Below, piece after piece: positions 8,757 through 17,626 of a stretch of DNA of 64,000 nt. The notes beneath the pieces were generated by a model, which ran no database searches, was not told where the DNA came from, and worked only from the letters and a program-made list of their open reading frames with translations. This stretch comes from a virus: the IMG/VR virus record IMGVR_UViG_3300045454_000060, positions 38,456 through 102,455 of that record; one strand, given 5' to 3'. Position 1 is the first letter of the stretch; the number at the start of each line of letters is the position of its first letter. The translations under genes and the position numbers were made by a program.

Positions 8757-9761
8757 TTATGACAAATCTTGGGCCTGGGTGATCAGCCGGAAGCCCTGCA
8801 TCTGGGTGCGCGGCACCGCCGCTGGCGACGGCTTCAGCGTCAGCCCGTATGAGCCGCACTCGATCTGCGCGTCGGGATAGACCGCCAGCACGTCCGGCAG
8901 CACCTGACGGATGCGCTGCGCCAGGGACGAGACACGCGCATCGCCGGCGCCGAGCTGGGCGCGCAGCGTGCCCCAGCGGAGATGCAGCGGCGTGGTGAGG
9001 CGTGGCAGCCGGTAGGCGAACAGGGCGTAGAGATCGAGCCCCAGCGAGTTGTCGGCCAGGTAGGCGATTGCACGTCGATCCAGCGGCACGGCGTGCTCGC
9101 GCAGATGCGCGTGGAATCGATCGGAGAGCTCCACCGTCTGTGCCCAACGCCCCTCGCCGCGTTCGGTCCAGAGCTCGAGCCCCTCGACAATGCGGCTCTC
9201 CTGGACGAGCGTTCGCGTCTCTCCGTTCGCACCTGCAGCATCCCATTGCAGCGTGAACGAGCACCGCGCGATTCGCAGCGCCTGCTGCCGCACGGCCTGG
9301 ATCGAGCCTCGCGCCCCGCCGGTGACCGGCAGTCCGAGCGAGCGAATCCAGGCGCTCATGGAGGGTCCGAGCTGGACGATCTTGTCCTTCAGGCCCTCGG
9401 TCTGGAGATAGATCAGGATCAGGCGTGCCTTGGGGCCGTAGGGCACGCCGACGCGCACCGCCTTCCCCTCCTCCACGATCGCCCCGGGGCTGACCAGCAG
9501 ATGGAACCGTCCCGCACTGCGCTGCCAGATGGCGTTGTCGTTCGGCGGGCGGCTGTGCGGCAGGAAGGTCTGGCAGAGCCCGGAATGCAGAAAGGCGAGC
9601 TCCTCGGCATTCGGCAGATCGGACAGGATCTCGTGCGCGACCTCGATTCGCTGGCGAAGTTGACGCTGCTTCGTCGGGCTCGGTTCGGCCGCGACGGCGT
9701 TCAGGCTCGCTTCGAGACCAATCAGCTCGAGCTGGCTTCGCTGTGTGCGACTCATGGGCAC
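8757..9761 (-). CDS. repA: Plasmid replication initiator, RepA_C-type
   Basis: FLHSGLCQTFLP, GVPYGPKARLILIYL, HAVPLD, LDLYALFAYRL motifs; adjacent to iterons and parA. Confidence 0.88.
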   Translation of the reverse strand: MPMSRTQRSQLELIGLEASLNAVAAEPSPTKQRQLRQRIEVAHEILSDLPNAEELAFLHSGLCQTFLPHSRPPNDNAIWQRSAGRFHLLVSPGAIVEEGKAVRVGVPYGPKARLILIYLQTEGLKDKIVQLGPSMSAWIRSLGLPVTGGARGSIQAVRQQALRIARCSFTLQWDAAGANGETRTLVQESRIVEGLELWTERGEGRWAQTVELSDRFHAHLREHAVPLDRRAIAYLADNSLGLDLYALFAYRLPRLTTPLHLRWGTLRAQLGAGDARVSSLAQRIRQVLPDVLAVYPDAQIECGSYGLTLKPSPAAVPRTQMQGFRLITQAQDLS

Positions 9762-9799
9762 CTCCGCCGACGCTGATACAGGATTCGGCGACGGGGGCT

Positions 9800-10095
9800 A
9801 CGCTGAATCGCCTACCTTTCGGCGTTGAGCCACAAGATTTTGTGTCCCCTGCCCTTCCTGAATGCCGGATGTGAGGGTCGCGCGGTTGCTCACGAACCCG
9901 TGACGCTGAATCGCCTACCCTGCGCCGCCTATAGGAGAAAGGTATAGGTTTTATATAGGGTTGGGTTGGCGATTCAGCGTGGATAACGCGAGTCGCGGTC
10001 GGCGATTCAGCGTGCGACTCGGCCGTGCCCGGTAGGCGATTCAGCGTAGCTCGGTCGGCGATTCAGCGTGGATAACTCGCCGATGCTGTGGATAA
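9800..10095. repeat. Plasmid origin: six 17-bp iterons, AT-rich spacer and DnaA box
   Basis: ACGCTGAATCGCCTACC at 9800 and 9903; inverted GGT(A/C/T)GGCGATTCAGCGT at 9964, 9997, 10031, 10053; AT-rich 9929-9958; TGTGGATAA at 10087-10095. Confidence 0.88.
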
Positions 10096-10096
10096 C

Positions 10097-10480
10097 TCAG
10101 AACCCCAGATGGCGCAGATATCGGTCAAGCGCCTCCTCGACGATGGCCTGCTTTTCGCGCCGCGCGTGGAACGCGGCCTGGCGCAGACGCTCCTGCAGGC
10201 TCGCGGGCAGACGCACCGAGACGGTGATGCGGGGTTCGATCGGTGCCGGGTCGGGCGCTGCCGCGCGTGCCCCCTCCCCCCCGCGCGCCCTGGATGTGGG
10301 GTTGTGGGGCTCGTAGAGTGCCTCTGGTGCGTCCGCGCGGGTTGTCCCCTCCCCTCCCCCATCGTGTTCCAGCAGCACTCTGGGCGCTTCCTGGGGCAGT
10401 GCTGGCACGGGAACCGCAGCGCCCTTGGTGGCGCGCGGGATGGCGAGATCCTCGAGGGTCGGTCGCTTGCTGGCGCTCAT
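10097..10480 (-). CDS. Ribbon-helix-helix partition adaptor (ParG-like)
   Basis: Disordered N-terminus plus C-terminal RITVSVRLPASLQERLRQAAF..KQAIVEEAL; 4-nt overlap with the parA stop. Confidence 0.75.
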   Translation of the reverse strand: MSASKRPTLEDLAIPRATKGAAVPVPALPQEAPRVLLEHDGGGEGTTRADAPEALYEPHNPTSRARGGEGARAAAPDPAPIEPRITVSVRLPASLQERLRQAAFHARREKQAIVEEALDRYLRHLGF

Positions 10481-11148
10481 GCCGGCACCTTCCTGTTGAC
10501 GAGCTGGCTGGCTGGCAAGCTGGCGGGCTTGCCGTTCAGACGGTTGCTCAGATAGCGCCACAGCTCGGCGAACTCCCGTGCCGGCGTGCCCTTCGGGTCG
10601 ATTTCGACCGCGGTGCGACCGTCGATCCCGCTCTCGCGGATCTTCGTGCTGAGCGAGATGATCGCTGGGGCGACCGTGCCGTGCTGGCTGAGCTTGATCG
10701 CGGTCTGTGCGGTCAGCCTGGCGCGCCGATTGGCGCCGTTGATGATGAACACCACGGGTTTGCCTTCGCTCTCCACCAGGTCGATCGTGCCGCCGACCGC
10801 CCGCAGGTCGTCCGGTGAGGGCAGTGTTGGCACCAGCACCAGGTCGGCCAGGTGGATCATCGCGCGCACCAGCTCCGAGGCTTGCGGCGGCGTGTCGATC
10901 ATGGCGTAGCGGTAGCCGCTCTGGCGCAGGCGGGCCAGGATCGCGGGCATCTCGGCGAGGCTGGACTGCACGAAATCCGGCCGCTCCTCCGCCCTGGCGT
11001 TCCACCACTGCGACAGCCCGCCCATCTCGTCGGCGTCGATCAGGGCGACCGGCCCCTCCCCTGCCCTCTCCGCCTCGACCGCCAGATGGCGCACCACGGT
11101 CGTCTTGCCCGCGCCACCCTTGCGGCAGGCCACCACGATGGTCTTCAT
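10477..11148 (-). CDS. parA: ParA (type Ib) partition ATPase
   Basis: KGGAGKTT, LIDAD, IDTPP, ADLVLVP..PSPDD; no N-terminal HTH. Confidence 0.92.
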   Translation of the reverse strand: MKTIVVACRKGGAGKTTVVRHLAVEAERAGEGPVALIDADEMGGLSQWWNARAEERPDFVQSSLAEMPAILARLRQSGYRYAMIDTPPQASELVRAMIHLADLVLVPTLPSPDDLRAVGGTIDLVESEGKPVVFIINGANRRARLTAQTAIKLSQHGTVAPAIISLSTKIRESGIDGRTAVEIDPKGTPAREFAELWRYLSNRLNGKPASLPASQLVNRKVPA

Positions 11149-11149
11149 C

Positions 11150-11620
11150 TGCGACTCCGTGTGCGACTCCGTGCCAACCGGCAGGCAACCTGGCATGCCG
11201 CGCGGCTGGCAGGCAAGTCGAGTGCGCGGCTGGCAGGCTGGTCAGCGGGACGGATGGGCGAGGGGGCAGCTTGCGGGCCGTTCGGCTTGGCGCGTGGCTG
11301 GCTGGCGGGAAAGCGGACTGCGCGGCGAGAGGGCCAGCAGGCGGGCTTAAAGGCGGACGGGCTGACGGACAAGCTGGAAGGCGGGCAGGCCGGCTGACGG
11401 GTGGGGTGACCAGTCAGCGGGCGGGCGGGCTGTTTGGCAGGCAGGTGGCACGGCCTGCTGTCAAGTCTGCCGTCAAGCCGGGCGTCAAGCCGGACGGCAA
11501 GCAGAGCAGTGGTGTGGCTGGCGGGCTGCGCGCCTGGGCAGCGGCGTTGCTGTCTGAGCGGTCATGTTGGAAGCTTGCTAGTCAGCATGCTTGCTGGCAG
11601 AGCAGCAAACAAGAAGGGCC
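11150..11620. repeat. Degenerate tetramer-periodic repeats (GCTG/GCAG/GCAA/GCTT); candidate parC centromere/operator
   Basis: Non-coding region upstream of parA rich in GCTGGCAGGC, GCAAGC and GCTTGC; TGCGACTCCGTG x2 at 11150-11173. Confidence 0.5.
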
Positions 11621-11661
11621 GCTCGCGATGGAGCGGCCCTCTCGGCGGCGCGGCAGCAGGA

Positions 11662-12096
11662 TCAATGCGCGCTCTTGCCCCGACGCTTGGCGAGCGGCTT
11701 CAGCGCGTCCTCGACCACCTCGTCGAAGGGCGGCAGGCTCTCCGGGAACATCGTGCGGAGCCCGGTCAGCCACTCCCGCTCGACCTTCGAGACGGTCGGG
11801 TCCATGTATTCGTCCAGCACGCGCAGGATCTCCGGCGCATACTCGCTCATCCAGAGCCGCAGCATGGCGGTGGGGTCCGCCTCGAGCGCCTGGGCGAGCG
11901 CGGGCACCTTGTCGAGCGGCACGCGGGTCACGCCGGTCTTGAACATGGAGATGATGTTGGCGCGCTCGTAGCCGAGCGCTTCGGCGATCTCGCGCTGCGT
12001 CATGCCGCGCGCATTCGCCTCCACAAGCAGTCGCTCCAGGTGTCGCACGAACTTCGCACCCAGTCGTCGCGCCTTCGTTGCCTGGGTCATGTCCAT
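11662..12096 (-). CDS. XRE-family HTH regulator (candidate prophage repressor)
   Basis: MTQREIAEALGYERANIISMFKTGVTRVPLDKVPALAQAL; AAGGAGGGG SD; divergent AT-rich promoter region. Confidence 0.85.
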   Translation of the reverse strand: MDMTQATKARRLGAKFVRHLERLLVEANARGMTQREIAEALGYERANIISMFKTGVTRVPLDKVPALAQALEADPTAMLRLWMSEYAPEILRVLDEYMDPTVSKVEREWLTGLRTMFPESLPPFDEVVEDALKPLAKRRGKSAH

Positions 12097-12159
12097 CCTT
12101 TGCACCCCCTCCTTGGGGTGATCAGCCCTCACTGACCACCCTCACCCACGTCCCCGTGA

Positions 12160-12340
12160 CGCGGATTTCACTTATGACTTACTTAATAGATAGTGATTAG
12201 TCAGTGTCAACGGATATTTGTGCGTGGGCGCGTGTCATTTTTTAATACCATGGTAGTTATCTAGACTCTGATCATTGGTGTCACAAAAACTCTGGAATCG
12301 CGTTGCGCCCCCCGAGTGCCTACGCTAAGTAAGCGCTAAC
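12160..12340. promoter_or_regulatory. AT-rich divergent control region
   Basis: Very AT-rich; TCACTTATGA palindrome at 12168; TTGACA on the minus strand near 12205-12210. Confidence 0.6.
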
Positions 12341-12409
12341 GTGGGCACTCGGTCGGGCGCTGCGCGTGGGTTGCGTTTTGATGTTCATCCTGTAACGAAG
12401 GAGCAAGCG

Positions 12410-12667
12410 GTGCGCGTGGATGCGGTGAATCTGGATGAGGCGGCTCTTTTGGTCGATGAGCTGTCAAAGAACGGCGACGCGAAGATGGTGGATCTCGGCG
12501 ATTTTGCCGTCACCACATGGGTGGACGAGGGTCAGATTCGAGCCGTTCTGGTGCAGGGGGTTCTGGCCGGGGTCAGTCTGCTGGTGCAGCAGGTGGGGCG
12601 GACTCTGGTGGACGTGGATGCGTTTCTCGCGAAGGAGTCGGCCGTTCAGCTCGAAGCTGCCGGCTGA
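12410..12667 (+). CDS. Hypothetical protein
   Basis: AAGGAG SD before GTG 12410, within ORF 12341-12667. Confidence 0.55.
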   Translation: MRVDAVNLDEAALLVDELSKNGDAKMVDLGDFAVTTWVDEGQIRAVLVQGVLAGVSLLVQQVGRTLVDVDAFLAKESAVQLEAAG

Positions 12668-12778
12668 GCTGATCGTTCGGGCGGCATCGCCGGAACAAAG
12701 TCGAGGCGGGCGACTTGTCGCCCGCTTCTGCTTTTGCGAGTATGCGTCTGTCAGCACTGAGGTAGGAGGGGCAAGGGA

Positions 12779-15133
12779 ATGAGCAGGGCGGGATTGTCGA
12801 GGGTCGCTGAGTTCCGTGCCACCGTCGATAAGGTGGTGACGATGTTGATCGAGCGTGGCCTGAAAGTCACGCAGCAGGGCATTGATGCCAAGGTGCTCTA
12901 CGACCAGGACGGGATGCCGATCTTGGTCAATCTGCCCCAGATCCCGGATGACGCCGACGAGGCCTTCATCTCGGCGATGCGGGGCTTCATCGACCATGAA
13001 TGCGCGCATGTGCTGGAGACTGACGGCCCCGTGATGGTGGCGGCCGTGCGCAAGAACCCAAAGATCAGGAACCTGCTGAACGTCATCGAGGACGTGCGAA
13101 TCGAGCGCGCCATGCGCCGGCGCTTCCCGGGCTCGGCGGGGCATCTCGAGGATCTCTGGGGTTTCGTGTCCGAGCGCAGCATCCTGCCGGCCGCGCAGAA
13201 GGCGGCGAACGAGCGCGAGCTGTTCGGCGCGCTGCTTCCGACCATCCTGCATGCCTGGTCGGGCAAGCGCGCCTCCCAGGAGCTGATGGACAAGCATCAT
13301 CTCTGGCCGGCGGTCGAGAAGCTGACCAGGGTTCTCGAGCCGTTGCGCGAGGGGCTGGCGGACGGGGCGCTGAAGTCGAGCGAGGATGCGATCCTGCTCG
13401 CCGAGCGCATGCTGAAGGCGCTGCAGGAGGCCGAGCAGCCGGAGAAGCCCAAGCCGCCGCCCATGCAGGAGGGTGACGAGGGTGAGAAGGACGAGGGTCA
13501 GTCTGGCGAGCCCGACGATTCGGGCGATCGGTCGGAGCCGTCCGAGGGGGAGGGGGCTGCCGGCTCGGAGGGTTCCGAGAACGAGGGCGCGGGAGAGGAC
13601 GAGCGTTCTCAGGACGAGCGTTCTCAGGACGAGCGTTCTCAGGACGAGCGTTCTCAGGACGAGCGTTCTCAGGACGAGGGCGACGAGCAGGATCGGGGTT
13701 CCGAGGACGAGGGTGAGGGTTCCGAGGACGAGGGTGAGGGTTCCGAGGACGAGGGTGAGGGTTCCGAGGACGAGGGTGAGGGTTCCGAGGGCGAGGCTTC
13801 CAGGGAGAATGACCAGCGTTCCGAGGGCGCGGGAGAGGACGAGCGTTCTCAGGACGAGGGCGACGAGCAGGACGAGCAGGATCGGGGTTCCGGTGACGAC
13901 GGCGATGGCCAGGGCGCTGAGGGTGACGATCGGGGTCAGGACGACAGCTCCGACAGCTCCGAGGGGCTCGGGGGTGGCGAGTCCGATCCTGCCGAGGAAG
14001 CTCGGGAAGGTGAGGGGGATTCCTCCGATGATCCCGCGGGGGAGTCGGCTGTTGAAGGTGCGTTGATCGACAGCACCGACTTCCTGGATGAGATGCGCCA
14101 GCTCGAGGATCACGCGGTGGAGGCGCTGCGCAAGGGCGTGCTGCATGCCCTGACCGACGCGGCCTACATCCCCTACACCACCGATTGGGACACCTGGGTG
14201 ACGCTCAACCCACATCCGGGCACGGAATCGGCGGTTGAGCGCGAGGCTGCCAAGATGGACGAGCAGACCCGGGCAATGGTCGGTCAGCTCGCCAATCAGT
14301 TCCGGCGTCTGTTCGCGCAGAAGGAGATCTCGGTTCCGATTGGCGGGCTGCGTGCCGGGCGGCTGCATGCGCCAGCGTTGCATCGCCTGATGGCGGGCGA
14401 CGATCGCGTGTTCTTCCGCCGCGAGGAGCACAATGCGACCGACACCGCCGTGACGCTGCTGGTTGATTGCTCCGGCTCGATGAACGGGCACGGCAAGATG
14501 GATCTGGCGCTGATCGCCGCCAATGCCTTTTCGCAGACGCTGGATCTGGTGCGGATCGCGCATTCCGTGTGCGGCTTCACCACGCGCTCCGACATGGATG
14601 ACCATTACATTGGCATGTTCCATCCCAGGTCGCGCAAGACGCCGCTTCTCACCGACAAGGTGAGGGAGGAGATCGGCGCTCAGCAGGACAAGATGGGTCG
14701 GCAGTTCAGTCGGATCGAGCCGATCGCCATGCTGCGATTCAAGGGCTTCGAGGAGAGCTACCGCGTGGCGCGACCGCGTTTCGCGGCGATGCGCCAGTCG
14801 CTCGGGGATCATCGCGCCTACCCGATGGTCTCGAATGTCGATGGCGAAAGCGTCCAGTATGCCGCCAGGGAGCTGCTGGTGCGGCGCGAAAAGCGCAAGG
14901 TGATGATCGTCTTCTCCGACGGCTACCCGGCGGCGATGGCGCAGGCCAGTCACCTGCAGTCGCACCTCGTCGAGACCGTGAAGCGGCTCGAGAAGGCGGG
15001 TGTCGAGATGCTGGGTATCGGTATCCTGTCGGATGCGGTGCGACGCTACTACAGCAAGCATGTGGTGCTGACGAATGCCGCGGAGCTGCCGACCACGACC
15101 ATGCGCGAGCTGACCAGGATGCTTCTGCGCTGA
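12779..15133 (+). CDS. CobT-like protein: HExxH domain, acidic linker and C-terminal vWA
   Basis: HECAH..NVIEDVRIE; MIDAS motif DCSGSM; NVDGE; VFSDGYP. Confidence 0.88.
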   Translation: MSRAGLSRVAEFRATVDKVVTMLIERGLKVTQQGIDAKVLYDQDGMPILVNLPQIPDDADEAFISAMRGFIDHECAHVLETDGPVMVAAVRKNPKIRNLLNVIEDVRIERAMRRRFPGSAGHLEDLWGFVSERSILPAAQKAANERELFGALLPTILHAWSGKRASQELMDKHHLWPAVEKLTRVLEPLREGLADGALKSSEDAILLAERMLKALQEAEQPEKPKPPPMQEGDEGEKDEGQSGEPDDSGDRSEPSEGEGAAGSEGSENEGAGEDERSQDERSQDERSQDERSQDERSQDEGDEQDRGSEDEGEGSEDEGEGSEDEGEGSEDEGEGSEGEASRENDQRSEGAGEDERSQDEGDEQDEQDRGSGDDGDGQGAEGDDRGQDDSSDSSEGLGGGESDPAEEAREGEGDSSDDPAGESAVEGALIDSTDFLDEMRQLEDHAVEALRKGVLHALTDAAYIPYTTDWDTWVTLNPHPGTESAVEREAAKMDEQTRAMVGQLANQFRRLFAQKEISVPIGGLRAGRLHAPALHRLMAGDDRVFFRREEHNATDTAVTLLVDCSGSMNGHGKMDLALIAANAFSQTLDLVRIAHSVCGFTTRSDMDDHYIGMFHPRSRKTPLLTDKVREEIGAQQDKMGRQFSRIEPIAMLRFKGFEESYRVARPRFAAMRQSLGDHRAYPMVSNVDGESVQYAARELLVRREKRKVMIVFSDGYPAAMAQASHLQSHLVETVKRLEKAGVEMLGIGILSDAVRRYYSKHVVLTNAAELPTTTMRELTRMLLR
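13598..13789 (+). repeat. In-frame tandem repeats: 15-nt x5 (DERSQ) and 21-nt x4 (GSEDEGE)
   Basis: GACGAGCGTTCTCAG 13598-13672; GGTTCCGAGGACGAGGGTGAG from 13697. Confidence 0.95.
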
Positions 15134-15231
15134 CCGGAAAAGTTCAGTCACGGATGACTTGCGTTCGCGCGCGGGATGCAGCATAAGCATCTTGCGCACG
15201 GGGCGCGGGATACGAGGGAAAGGAGGGGCAT

Positions 15232-16407
15232 GTGAGCGACCACGACGATCACGATCATGGCGACGGAAAGATCGCGTGCGCGATCTGCGGCGAGCGGGTG
15301 CACGTGATGAAGCTGCATCTGCAGGAGGCGCACCCCAAGGTCACGCTCGAGGCCTACAAGGTCAAGTTCCCCGATGCGCCGGTGCTGTCGCCGACGGCGC
15401 TTGCCAAGCTCGAGGAGGCCCGTCGCAAGACGGCCTCCGCTCCCGCACCCACCGGCATCCCGACCGACATCGAGACCGGGCAGGGGGCTCTCCACGAGGT
15501 GTTCCGGCTCGGCACCGTGAAGGCGGCGATGAACGCGCGCACCGGCGCGCCGCTTCCGATCACGGTCTATCGCGCGCCGCCGGCGCTGCGCCACTTCGTT
15601 CCCGAGGTGGACCCCGCCTACATCTTTCCGATCGACCTGCTCAAGACCGGCGTGATGGCGCTGGAGATGCGCATGCCCGCGTTGTTCTGGGGGCACGCGG
15701 GCACCGGCAAGTCCTCCATGTGGGAACAGATCCACGCCAATATCGGCAAGCCGATCATCCGCATCCAGCACACGCGCAACACGGAGGAAAGCCACGTGGT
15801 CGGGCAGTGGGTGGTGCGGGACGGCCGCACCGTGTTCGAGCTCGGCCCGCTCGCCTTCGCCATGAAGTTCGGGCTGACCTATCTCGCCGACGAATACGAC
15901 TTCGCCATGCCGTCCGTGCTCTCGGTCTACCAGCCGGTGATGGAAGGCAAGCCGATGGTGATCAAGGAGGCCGACGAGGCCAATCGGATCATTCGCCCGC
16001 ATCCGCTGTTCCGCTTCGTCGCCACCGGCAACACCAACGGGACGGGCGACGAGACCGGGCTCTACCAGGGCACGCTCTTGCAGAACGCCGCCAACTACGA
16101 ACGCTTCGCGGTCGTCGAGGAGGTGCGCTACATGGATCGCAAGACCGAGACCCAGGTGGTGGCGGCGCAGGCGCAGCTCTCGAAGGAGATCGCCGAGAAG
16201 CTGGTCAACTTCGCCAATCAGTGCCGCGAAGCCTATGCGCAGCAGAAGCTCGGCGTGCCGCCCAGCCCGCGCGCGATGATCCATGCCGGCATCATCGGCC
16301 GGCTGCGGGGTGACATGACGGCGGGGTTGCGTCTCGCCTACATCAATCGCCTGCCGCGTGTCGATCAGGAGGCGGCGAACGAAGTGCTGCGGCGCATCGT
16401 GTTTTGA
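15232..16407 (+). CDS. CobS/MoxR-like AAA+ ATPase with N-terminal C2H2 zinc finger
   Basis: CAIC..HLQEAH; GHAGTGKS; LADEYD; ATGNTNG; ANYERF. Confidence 0.9.
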   Translation: MSDHDDHDHGDGKIACAICGERVHVMKLHLQEAHPKVTLEAYKVKFPDAPVLSPTALAKLEEARRKTASAPAPTGIPTDIETGQGALHEVFRLGTVKAAMNARTGAPLPITVYRAPPALRHFVPEVDPAYIFPIDLLKTGVMALEMRMPALFWGHAGTGKSSMWEQIHANIGKPIIRIQHTRNTEESHVVGQWVVRDGRTVFELGPLAFAMKFGLTYLADEYDFAMPSVLSVYQPVMEGKPMVIKEADEANRIIRPHPLFRFVATGNTNGTGDETGLYQGTLLQNAANYERFAVVEEVRYMDRKTETQVVAAQAQLSKEIAEKLVNFANQCREAYAQQKLGVPPSPRAMIHAGIIGRLRGDMTAGLRLAYINRLPRVDQEAANEVLRRIVF

Positions 16408-16412
16408 GACCG

Positions 16413-17057
16413 ATGCAACAGTCATCGGTGAGCGATTGTGCGATCAGATTCGAGGACTACGAGAAGCTGACGCACTGGTTGAGCCGGCGTCTGGTCGCGC
16501 GCGGGCAGGGTGAGGGAGTCGCCTTGCCATATGGGGACGTGTTCCAGGAGCTCGTCCTCGTATGGCTGCGCTGCAGGGACGGTTTCGATCAGGCGGTCGG
16601 GGTCAAGTTCTCGACCTATTACGTGCGCGCGGCTGTGTGGGAATACCGCAACATCAAGCGGGCCCTGGCGGGGCAGTATGCACGACACATGGTCAGCCTG
16701 AGCGACCAGGTCGGTGGGGCGGGCGAGGAGTCGCTCGATTGGATCGACGTCATCCCGGATCTGTCCGCCGAGAACCCGGAAGCTCAGGTCGCGCTGGCCC
16801 AGAGTGTCGAGCAGGAGATGGCGATCAATCCCGCGTTGCACCGCCTGACGGAATTGGCTGCCAATCCGCCGCCCGAGCTCGCGCGGGAGCTGGAGGCGCT
16901 CGCGGCCCAGGCGGCGTGGGCGAAGCATCTTGGGGTTGTGCAGCCCGAGACGATGCCGACCGCGCTCACGCCGATGATGCTGCGTCGGCTGTTCCGGCTG
17001 AACTGGCGGCAAAGGAAGCTTTCTCTGCCGCGTGCCGAGGCGTTTTCTGGAGCGTGA
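16413..17057 (+). CDS. Sigma-70 region-2-like protein
   Basis: DVFQELVLVWLRCRDGFDQAVGVKFSTY resembles sigma regions 2.2-2.3. Confidence 0.6.
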   Translation: MQQSSVSDCAIRFEDYEKLTHWLSRRLVARGQGEGVALPYGDVFQELVLVWLRCRDGFDQAVGVKFSTYYVRAAVWEYRNIKRALAGQYARHMVSLSDQVGGAGEESLDWIDVIPDLSAENPEAQVALAQSVEQEMAINPALHRLTELAANPPPELARELEALAAQAAWAKHLGVVQPETMPTALTPMMLRRLFRLNWRQRKLSLPRAEAFSGA

Positions 17058-17058
17058 C

Positions 17059-17625
17059 ATGATCCACGATGAGGCGTTCCGTCCTGGTTGCTTCGGCAGC
17101 CCGCTGTGCCATGGGGATTCGCGGCTGCCCTGCACGGTTTGCCCGCATTCCAAGTCCTGCGGTGAGGAGGCCGAGCGTCGTGCCGAGGCGCTGCGCGTGA
17201 AGTTCGGTCTTGATGCGTTGCGTGCCAAGCCGACGCGCTCGGCGCGCGTGATGCGGGTGGCGGGGTCGCGCGAGTCCGCTGCGGCACCAGGCCAGCCGCC
17301 TGCGGCGAGTCTCGATCTGCCCAAGAAGTCGCTTGAGCTCAAGGCGCGGCTGGAAGGCAAGGGGATCGACCTCCTGCGTGCGGCGCGCCGGCGCGCCAAC
17401 CCGTTCGAGCCCGATCGGCCGCCGGCGTTCATGCGCATCCTGTTCCGGATGCTGCTCGAGGGCTCGCTGACGCGCGGCGGCGCAAGTGCCGCCCTGCAGC
17501 GCGAGCTCGGCTGGTCGAAGGCGAGCGCGGACAGTCACGTGGCCCTTGCCATGCCGCTGCTGCTGGCGAGCGGGGCGGGGGTTGCCCTGCCGGACGGACG
17601 GATTCGTCCCTGCGAGGAGTGCTGA
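17059..17625 (+). CDS. Hypothetical protein with N-terminal Cys4 and C-terminal winged-helix-like region
   Basis: PGCFG..CTVCPHSKSC; LQRELGWSKASADSHV. Confidence 0.7.
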   Translation: MIHDEAFRPGCFGSPLCHGDSRLPCTVCPHSKSCGEEAERRAEALRVKFGLDALRAKPTRSARVMRVAGSRESAAAPGQPPAASLDLPKKSLELKARLEGKGIDLLRAARRRANPFEPDRPPAFMRILFRMLLEGSLTRGGASAALQRELGWSKASADSHVALAMPLLLASGAGVALPDGRIRPCEEC

Positions 17626-17626
17626 G

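Noticed and set aside
9800-10070. Repeats with spacers as a possible CRISPR array
   Set aside because: 17-bp units in both orientations with irregular spacing next to repA and no cas genes: these are iterons
10815-11942. ORFs across the par upstream region
   Set aside because: Low-complexity translations of repeat DNA overlapping real minus-strand genes
12779-16407. CobS/CobT as a cobalamin pathway feeding the B12-dependent NrdJ
   Set aside because: No CobN or other cob genes; the architecture fits a generic AAA+/vWA pair
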